Shown here: piece by piece, positions 58,493 through 64,000 of the stretch | Layout: the number at the start of each line of letters is the position of its first letter | Numbering within the stretch: the first letter of the stretch is position 1 | Origin: Acidobacteriota bacterium | Lineage (GTDB): Bacteria > Acidobacteriota > UBA890 > WLXD01 | Reading direction: 5' to 3' | NCBI GenBank assembly: GCA_965248695.1 | Contig: CBDFKD010000002.1 | Span: 960,001 to 1,024,000, forward strand | Length of the DNA: 64,000 nucleotides | The notes under the pieces: model-generated | Databases searched by the model: none | The model's input: the letters and a program-made list of their open reading frames with translations, nothing else | Told to the model about the DNA's origin: nothing | Made by a program: the position numbers and the translations under genes

Positions 58493-58539
58493 CTAGTAGG
58501 GTGCTGAAGAACTCTGCAAGCGCCTGTAACAGGCCCTAG
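58493..58539. mobile_element. IS5/IS1182-like terminal remnant(s), CTAG-flanked
   Basis: CTAGTAGGGTGCTGAAGAACTC (reverse strand reads EFFSTLL*) and AACAGGCCCTAG; CTAG at both ends; no transposase. Confidence 0.45.
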
Positions 58540-59513
58540 GGCAGCAAGACCGTCGATCCCGTGGTACCGCGCGACTCTAGCAACCGATGGGCTTCCGCGA
58601 CCTCCGGTAGGGGGAAGCGCTGGCCGATGCTGGGCGTGACCGTGCCATCAGCCACGACGCTGAACAGCTCCTCAGCAGCGACACGTAGCTCGTCGCCCGG
58701 GAGGATCTCCTTGGACATCGACGGGCGCGTCACGTAGAGCCCCTTGGGCAGCAGCCGCAGGAGGCTGAACGGGTCGACGGGGCCCGAGGCATTGCCGAAG
58801 CTCGCCATCAACCCATTGCGCGCCAGGCACTCGAGCGACTCGTCGAACGTCGCCTTGCCAACGCCGTCATAGACGACGCGCACGCCCTCGCCACCGGTGA
58901 TGTCGGCTACGCGCTCCGCGAAGCTCTCGCGGGTGTAGACGATCGTGTGATCACATCCGTTTGCTGCCGCCATCGCGGCTTTCTCGTCGGTACCGGCGGT
59001 GCCGATGACAGTCGCTCCTAGCGCTTTCGCCCACGGACACAGAATGGTCCCGACGCCACCGGCGGCGGCGTGAATCAACACCGTATCCCCGGGCTGCACG
59101 GCGTACGTCTGCCGCAGCAACATGCGCGCGGTGAGGCCCTTGAGCATGATCGCCGCGGCCTGCTCGTCGCCCACACTGTCGGGCAACTTGACCAGATGGT
59201 CGGCATCCAGCACGCGGCGCTCACTATAGGCACCCGCAGCCGTGCCCTCCGCAACGCGATCGCCGAGCGCAATATGCTCGACTCCCTCCCCTACCGCCTC
59301 GACAACCCCGGCCGCCTCGACCCCGAGCACCGCGGGCAACTCCGCCAGTGGGTAGAGACCCGAGCGCTGGTACGTGTCGATGTAGTTCAGCCCGATCGCG
59401 GTATGGCGAATGAGCGCCTGACCAGGACCGACGCCACCGAGCTCGATCTCCTCCCAGGACAGCGCCTCGGGTCCGCCGTACTCGTGGATCCGTATGGCAT
59501 GGGTCGCGGTCAT
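58536..59513 (-). CDS. qor: NADPH:quinone oxidoreductase (zeta-crystallin MDR)
   Basis: GLNYIDTYQRSGLY, MLKGLTA, HAAAGGVG, YDGVG, FGNASG. Confidence 0.9.
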   Translation of the reverse strand: MTATHAIRIHEYGGPEALSWEEIELGGVGPGQALIRHTAIGLNYIDTYQRSGLYPLAELPAVLGVEAAGVVEAVGEGVEHIALGDRVAEGTAAGAYSERRVLDADHLVKLPDSVGDEQAAAIMLKGLTARMLLRQTYAVQPGDTVLIHAAAGGVGTILCPWAKALGATVIGTAGTDEKAAMAAANGCDHTIVYTRESFAERVADITGGEGVRVVYDGVGKATFDESLECLARNGLMASFGNASGPVDPFSLLRLLPKGLYVTRPSMSKEILPGDELRVAAEELFSVVADGTVTPSIGQRFPLPEVAEAHRLLESRGTTGSTVLLP

Positions 59514-59615
59514 CGTGTCCTCTCGTGGTTCGTGTTGGTGGCCTCGCCGGCTACGCCAGGAGCAGGTTATAGCTGCTGCGAGCTCAACGGGCAAAACGGC
59601 TCGCCGCCGCGGAGG

Positions 59616-61337
59616 CTACCGTGCTAGCGCCTCGAGGGTGGCGTTCTCGCGGGCCGCGAGCTCGGGACGTCCGGTGTCGGTATAGAACTCGGCAAGCAGG
59701 TGATGGATCCAGGCGTCACCCGCCCAGCGGTCGCGAAGCGCCACCAGCCGTGCCTCAGCCTCCTCAAGCAGACCCCGCTCCCACAGGATCCGCGCCTCCG
59801 CTCGGCCGCTCCAGAAGCCGCCGGGATCCAGGCTCGCCAGCGTCGCCGCCGCTTCGTCGGCAGCATCCAGGTCCTCCATCGCCAGATGAACGTCTACCAG
59901 GCGGCCGTGCATCGCCAACTGATACGGATCCAGCTCCAGCCCACGACGCGTCGTTGCGAGCGCAACGGTCGGCTGGCCGAGCCGCAGCTCCACGTCGGCA
60001 GCGACCATGTAGACCCAGAAAACGTTCGGGGCCAGGGCGCGGGCCCGGTCCAGGGCCGCCTGCGAGGCCTCGACGTCGGACACCAGCAGAGCAAGCAGCG
60101 CAGCGGCGATGTGAACAACCGGATCGTCGGGGTCCGAGTGCCGCGCCGCCTCGATCTCGTGCCCGGCTTCCGCAAGCTCGGCAACGGTCCACGGCCGCCA
60201 GCCGACGGCCTCTGCCATTGTCGCGACGCGTCCCGCCCTAGCCCGCGCGAAGTCCTCATCGAGCACGATCGCGCGACGCAGCAACTCAGCTGCCTGCAGG
60301 GCGATTCCGAGATCGCGTTGGGCTGGCCCGATCAACAGCTCCGCCGCCTGCACTGCCAGCAGCGTCGCCTCCTTGCTCGTCGATGGCCGCAACGTGCTGT
60401 ATACGCTGGCGTGGTCGAGTAGAAAGCCGAGGCGCGTCAACAGGCTGCGGGCGAAGGCATCGGCGCGGAACAGCTCTGCCGGGATGTCCCAGTCCTGTCG
60501 CCACCAGTTGTCGCCGGTGATCGCATCGCGAACCCGGGCCGAGATATCGAGCCGCCCGGCGTCGGCGACGATGTCGACGCTCAAGACCGCATCGACGGCT
60601 TGCTTCTGGTCGACTGCTCCGGAACCGGCCAGCGACACGACGGTGAGCTTCGTCTCCCGCTCGATCAGGTCGATGAGCGCGGGCGCGAGCGCCTCGACGA
60701 CCTCCACCGCCAGCGGCGCCCCCGCCGAGGACAGATCGCCCAGCCCCAACCGACTGATCTGTATCGGTCGATCGGTGGCTACTGCGTCGCCGTCGCTTGT
60801 TCCCGGTCCACCGAACCGTCCCCAGAGCACCATGCTCGCGGCGACGAGTAGGGCCGCAGCGACCCAGGTCGCCCGGCTACGGGCCAAGCGCGTTGCCGCC
60901 GAGTAGTCGCTGGAGAGGTGGGCTGTGGATGCGGCTGGAGAGCGGTCGGCGACCGTGGAAGGCTCCGATGCGCCGGAAGCCATGGAGCCCTCGACCTCCG
61001 CCACGAAGCGGTAACCGCGGCGGGGCAGCGTCTGAACGAAGCGCGGCTGACGCGGATCGTCGTCGAGCGCTTGTCGAATCAGGCTAATCGCATGCGTCAG
61101 CGAGTCCTCCGAAACAAAGGACTCCGGCCACCCGCGCTCCAGCAGAGCGTCCTTGGTCAGGACGTCTCCGGGATGCTCCAGAAAGCACACCAGCACTGTC
61201 AAGGCGCGAGGCGGCAGCGCCACCTCGCGATCGCCCTCATACAACAGGCCGGTATCGACCTCGAGGCGAAAACCCTCGAAGCGGTACTCACGTAGCGGTC
61301 CCGCCGAGGCTGTCCCGTTCCCTGGCGCGGCTACCAT
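59616..61337 (-). CDS. CadC/ToxR-like membrane-anchored regulator (OmpR wHTH, TM, TolB-N-like, TPR)
   Basis: L..AIS.IRQALDDD...PRFVQTLPRRGYRF; one TM segment; TPR-like helices. Confidence 0.85.
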   Translation of the reverse strand: MVAAPGNGTASAGPLREYRFEGFRLEVDTGLLYEGDREVALPPRALTVLVCFLEHPGDVLTKDALLERGWPESFVSEDSLTHAISLIRQALDDDPRQPRFVQTLPRRGYRFVAEVEGSMASGASEPSTVADRSPAASTAHLSSDYSAATRLARSRATWVAAALLVAASMVLWGRFGGPGTSDGDAVATDRPIQISRLGLGDLSSAGAPLAVEVVEALAPALIDLIERETKLTVVSLAGSGAVDQKQAVDAVLSVDIVADAGRLDISARVRDAITGDNWWRQDWDIPAELFRADAFARSLLTRLGFLLDHASVYSTLRPSTSKEATLLAVQAAELLIGPAQRDLGIALQAAELLRRAIVLDEDFARARAGRVATMAEAVGWRPWTVAELAEAGHEIEAARHSDPDDPVVHIAAALLALLVSDVEASQAALDRARALAPNVFWVYMVAADVELRLGQPTVALATTRRGLELDPYQLAMHGRLVDVHLAMEDLDAADEAAATLASLDPGGFWSGRAEARILWERGLLEEAEARLVALRDRWAGDAWIHHLLAEFYTDTGRPELAARENATLEALAR

Positions 61338-61366
61338 GTGTGTACCTCCTGGGCGGCCGGCGGCGT

Positions 61367-61395
61367 TTCAGGAGTTCCTAAGGCTCTCTTCAGGA
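61367..61395. promoter_or_regulatory. Three direct repeats at 11-bp period (wHTH binding array)
   Basis: TTCAGGA (61367), CTAAGGC (61378), TTCAGGA (61389) in the divergent intergenic region. Confidence 0.6.
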
Positions 61396-61549
61396 CTCGC
61401 GAGCGGCCGAGGGCGAGGGTGACGACATGCGACGCGGCACCCGCCTGGATGCGCGAGACGGCGCCGCGGCCCACTGTCGCGTCGCAAGTATATGTGGGTC
61501 GCGGCCCGTCTCCCAACGTCCCGCCGGCTGGCGGGCACAGGAGGCTCTA

Positions 61550-62746
61550 ATGAGCTCTCAGTCAAACCGGTTCATCGCGACGGTCGTGATGGCGATGCTC
61601 GGGCTCGCCACCCCGACGTGGGCGCAGAAGGTGGACCAGATCCCCGCCCGTAACTTCGCGGAGCTTTCGCGGCGAGCCCTGCTGAGATCCGGCGATCGCC
61701 TTGAAGTAGTCACCCTCGAAGCAACACAAGCTGGCAAGTTTGCCGGCCTCATCGACGACAAGCTGCTCCTGAAGATCAAGGGAGTCACTGTGGTGCTGGA
61801 GGAGTCGTCCGTGCACCGCATCGAGCGCCGTGGAGATCCGGTGGGGAACGGCGCTCTTGCCGGCGGGGCGACGCTCGGCGTCGTCTTCTTACTCGCTGAA
61901 ACCGGTTGCGATAGGTGGTGCTTCGGTGCTGGACGCATGGCGGGAGCCGGCTTCGTGCTCGGGGCCGCCATTGGACTGATCGGTGACGCCCTACACAGCG
62001 CGCGCGACGCGGTGTACGAGCGTCCGGCCTCTCGCATGGCCCTGAATCCGGGCGATCTGGACGCGCTCCCGAACGCCTACTCCTCTCCGATCGCCAGGCA
62101 ACGTCCCGATCCGGGTCCGTGGGCAGGCCAGCGCTTTCGCCTCGCGGCCTTCGGTGGCAACAGCGCAAACGGAGGCCCGAGCAGCGAGGTGGAGCAGGCC
62201 ATGCGCTCGGCCGGGCTTACCGGACGCTCCTGCTTTTTCGGGTGCGTCGATTACCCGACGACCACGTCATCCATGCAATGGGGCGTCGAAGCCGGCTACC
62301 AGCTGAGCCGGCGCTTCGGCATTGGGATGACATGGATGAGCGCCGACCTCGGTAGGGTCTCCGGCAAGTTTGGCGCCTGGGATACCTTGACGCTGGAGCA
62401 CCGGCTCACGGGCCTCGCAACCACGTTCCAGGTGCATCCGTCCGACAAAGCGACCCTGAGCGTTGGACCTGCCCTCTACTCGCTGAGGGCGGGCGAGGCG
62501 GAGTGGACGTCGCCTGATCCGACGGAGTACACGGCCCGACGTTTGGGCCTGCTGGCGAGCGTCCACGCTCGACCGATACCGAGCTTCGGAGTGATGCTCC
62601 AATATCGCCTGGTCGGAAGCTCGCAACCTGGACCGTTCTCGTCGCACGGGCTTGTCCTGGCCGGCGAGTCGGCGGCGGCGTTCACGCACCCGAAGGTCAA
62701 CTACAGTCACCTGTTCCTGGGGGTATCGCTGAATCTGGCCCGATAG
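61550..62746 (+). CDS. Secreted hypothetical protein: glycine-zipper-like domain plus putative outer-membrane beta-barrel
   Basis: AGGAGG RBS; signal peptide; GALAGG...GAGFVLGAAIG; amphipathic strands (WGVEAGYQLSRRFGIG, LFLGVSLNL). Confidence 0.6.
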   Translation: MSSQSNRFIATVVMAMLGLATPTWAQKVDQIPARNFAELSRRALLRSGDRLEVVTLEATQAGKFAGLIDDKLLLKIKGVTVVLEESSVHRIERRGDPVGNGALAGGATLGVVFLLAETGCDRWCFGAGRMAGAGFVLGAAIGLIGDALHSARDAVYERPASRMALNPGDLDALPNAYSSPIARQRPDPGPWAGQRFRLAAFGGNSANGGPSSEVEQAMRSAGLTGRSCFFGCVDYPTTTSSMQWGVEAGYQLSRRFGIGMTWMSADLGRVSGKFGAWDTLTLEHRLTGLATTFQVHPSDKATLSVGPALYSLRAGEAEWTSPDPTEYTARRLGLLASVHARPIPSFGVMLQYRLVGSSQPGPFSSHGLVLAGESAAAFTHPKVNYSHLFLGVSLNLAR

Positions 62747-62750
62747 CTCG

Positions 62751-64000
62751 TCAGCCGGCCTGCTCCTGCTCGATGAACCAGTCGACGTGCTGCTCGAGAA
62801 CCTGCATCGGCAGCGCACCGTAGCTGAGGATGGCGTCGTGGAACCGCGCCAGATCGAAGCGGTCCCCGAGCGCCTCCTCGGCGCGGCGGCGCAGGTCCCA
62901 GAAGCGACGGGCACCCGTCTTGTACGCCAACGCCTGGCCGGGCATGTCGACCGAATAGCGAAGCGTCTCGCTGGCGATCTGCGTCTCCGATTCGAGAACG
63001 TGGTCGAGCATGAACGCGGTGGCGCGGGCGCGCGGCCAGCGCAGGTGGTTCATTCCGGTGTCGACCACAAGCCGCACGGAGATGAAGATGTCCATCGACT
63101 GTCGGCCGTAGGGATCGTCGTACAGCCCGGCCTCGACGCCGAGCGACGACGCGTAGTCGCCCCATCCCTCGGTGAAGGCGCCGAAGAAGGAATAGCGCCG
63201 GAAGTCGGCGAGCCCCGGGTTCTCGCTCTGCAGGTTGATGTGGAAGTGATGCCCGGGTATGAGCTCGTGATAGGTGAGCGCCTGCAGGAAGAGCATCGAG
63301 CGCTGATCCAGGTCGGAGCCGTTGTAGCGGTAGTAGCCCGTCGGCTCCGCCGCAGTGGGCACCTCGTAGGTACCGAACGTCATCCGGGGCTCGCGCTCCG
63401 GCTCGAGGCGTTTGACGCCATACGGCGCCGCGGGTCGACGCAGGAACATCGAGTCGATCTTGCCCTCCATCTCGGCCGCGTAGCCCATCAGCCGATCGTG
63501 GATTTGCCGGGCGGTGTCGGGGAAGAACTGCGGATCGGTCCTCAGAAACTGATGAAACTCGGCCTTGGTGCCCTCGTGACCGAGGTCGTCGCGCAGCGTG
63601 GCCATGGTCGCGTTGACGCGCGCGACTTCCTCCAGGCCGATCGCGTGCACCTCTTCCGGCGTGATGTCCAAGGTGGTGTGCTGGCGCACCTGGTATCGAT
63701 ACCAGTCCTCACCGCCAGGAAGCTGCCACGCGCCGACACCGACTGGCGACGCGCCACGATACGCCGCCCCGTCCAGCAGATCGACAATCTCTTGTAGCGC
63801 ACGATCGGAATCGGCGATGTACCCGTCCATCTGGGCGAGAAAGGCGTCTGACTCGTCGGCATCGACATCGTCAAGCCGGTCCGGGTGAACACTGAACAGG
63901 TTCCCCGGTCCATCACCGATCATCGAGGAGACGAATGGAATCACGGTGTCGAGCTCTTGCAGCGGGACGCGTATCCCCTGCCTCGCCTGGCCGCGCAACC
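62751..64000 (-). CDS. DUF885 family protein; 5'-truncated by window edge
   Basis: HELIPGHHF, AFTEGW..Y, RLVVDTG, PGQALAYK, FHDAIL..G.LP. Confidence 0.88.
   Translation of the reverse strand, partial: LRGQARQGIRVPLQELDTVIPFVSSMIGDGPGNLFSVHPDRLDDVDADESDAFLAQMDGYIADSDRALQEIVDLLDGAAYRGASPVGVGAWQLPGGEDWYRYQVRQHTTLDITPEEVHAIGLEEVARVNATMATLRDDLGHEGTKAEFHQFLRTDPQFFPDTARQIHDRLMGYAAEMEGKIDSMFLRRPAAPYGVKRLEPEREPRMTFGTYEVPTAAEPTGYYRYNGSDLDQRSMLFLQALTYHELIPGHHFHINLQSENPGLADFRRYSFFGAFTEGWGDYASSLGVEAGLYDDPYGRQSMDIFISVRLVVDTGMNHLRWPRARATAFMLDHVLESETQIASETLRYSVDMPGQALAYKTGARRFWDLRRRAEEALGDRFDLARFHDAILSYGALPMQVLEQHVDWFIEQEQAG

Noticed and set aside
63090-63125. Apparent short in-frame deletion in DUF885 (DPYGRQ), and similarly PYGGGSVST in the 29634 hydrolase
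   Set aside because: Cannot be distinguished from natural variation without alignments

Overview
GC-rich bacterial DNA. A PadR plus duplicated orphan ABC permease pair and a wHTH-TM-TPR regulator suggest Acidobacteriota or a similar lineage (inference, no search run). Bases 1-26.1 kb are a surface-polysaccharide locus in three blocks: (i) + strand amino-sugar genes (WbpD/B/E-like trio, epimerase, second DegT aminotransferase); (ii) an inverted block with an O-antigen-ligase-like gene, two unassigned GT-B-like proteins and a coiled-coil methyltransferase; (iii) an 11-gene + strand operon in which neuB and neuA are interleaved with an SDR, an aldehyde dehydrogenase, a non-canonical transketolase and a HAD phosphatase, with no neuC/Pse/Leg precursor genes in the block. 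Block (iii) is the best candidate for an undescribed pathway to an unusual CMP-activated ulosonic or ulosaric acid. Bases 26-64 kb are accessory metabolism: metF with a MetV-like gene, four beta-lactamase-fold serine hydrolases, a carboxylesterase, a DmdA-like GcvT protein, GlpF, a Phd-PIN toxin-antitoxin pair, PadR-ADOP, and a TRAP/CoA-transferase/aminotransferase catabolic cluster. There are several deletion scars, one apparent frameshift, an IS-end remnant and several operator-like repeats. I saw no rRNA, tRNA, CRISPR array or intact mobile element. All functional calls are motif-based, by eye.
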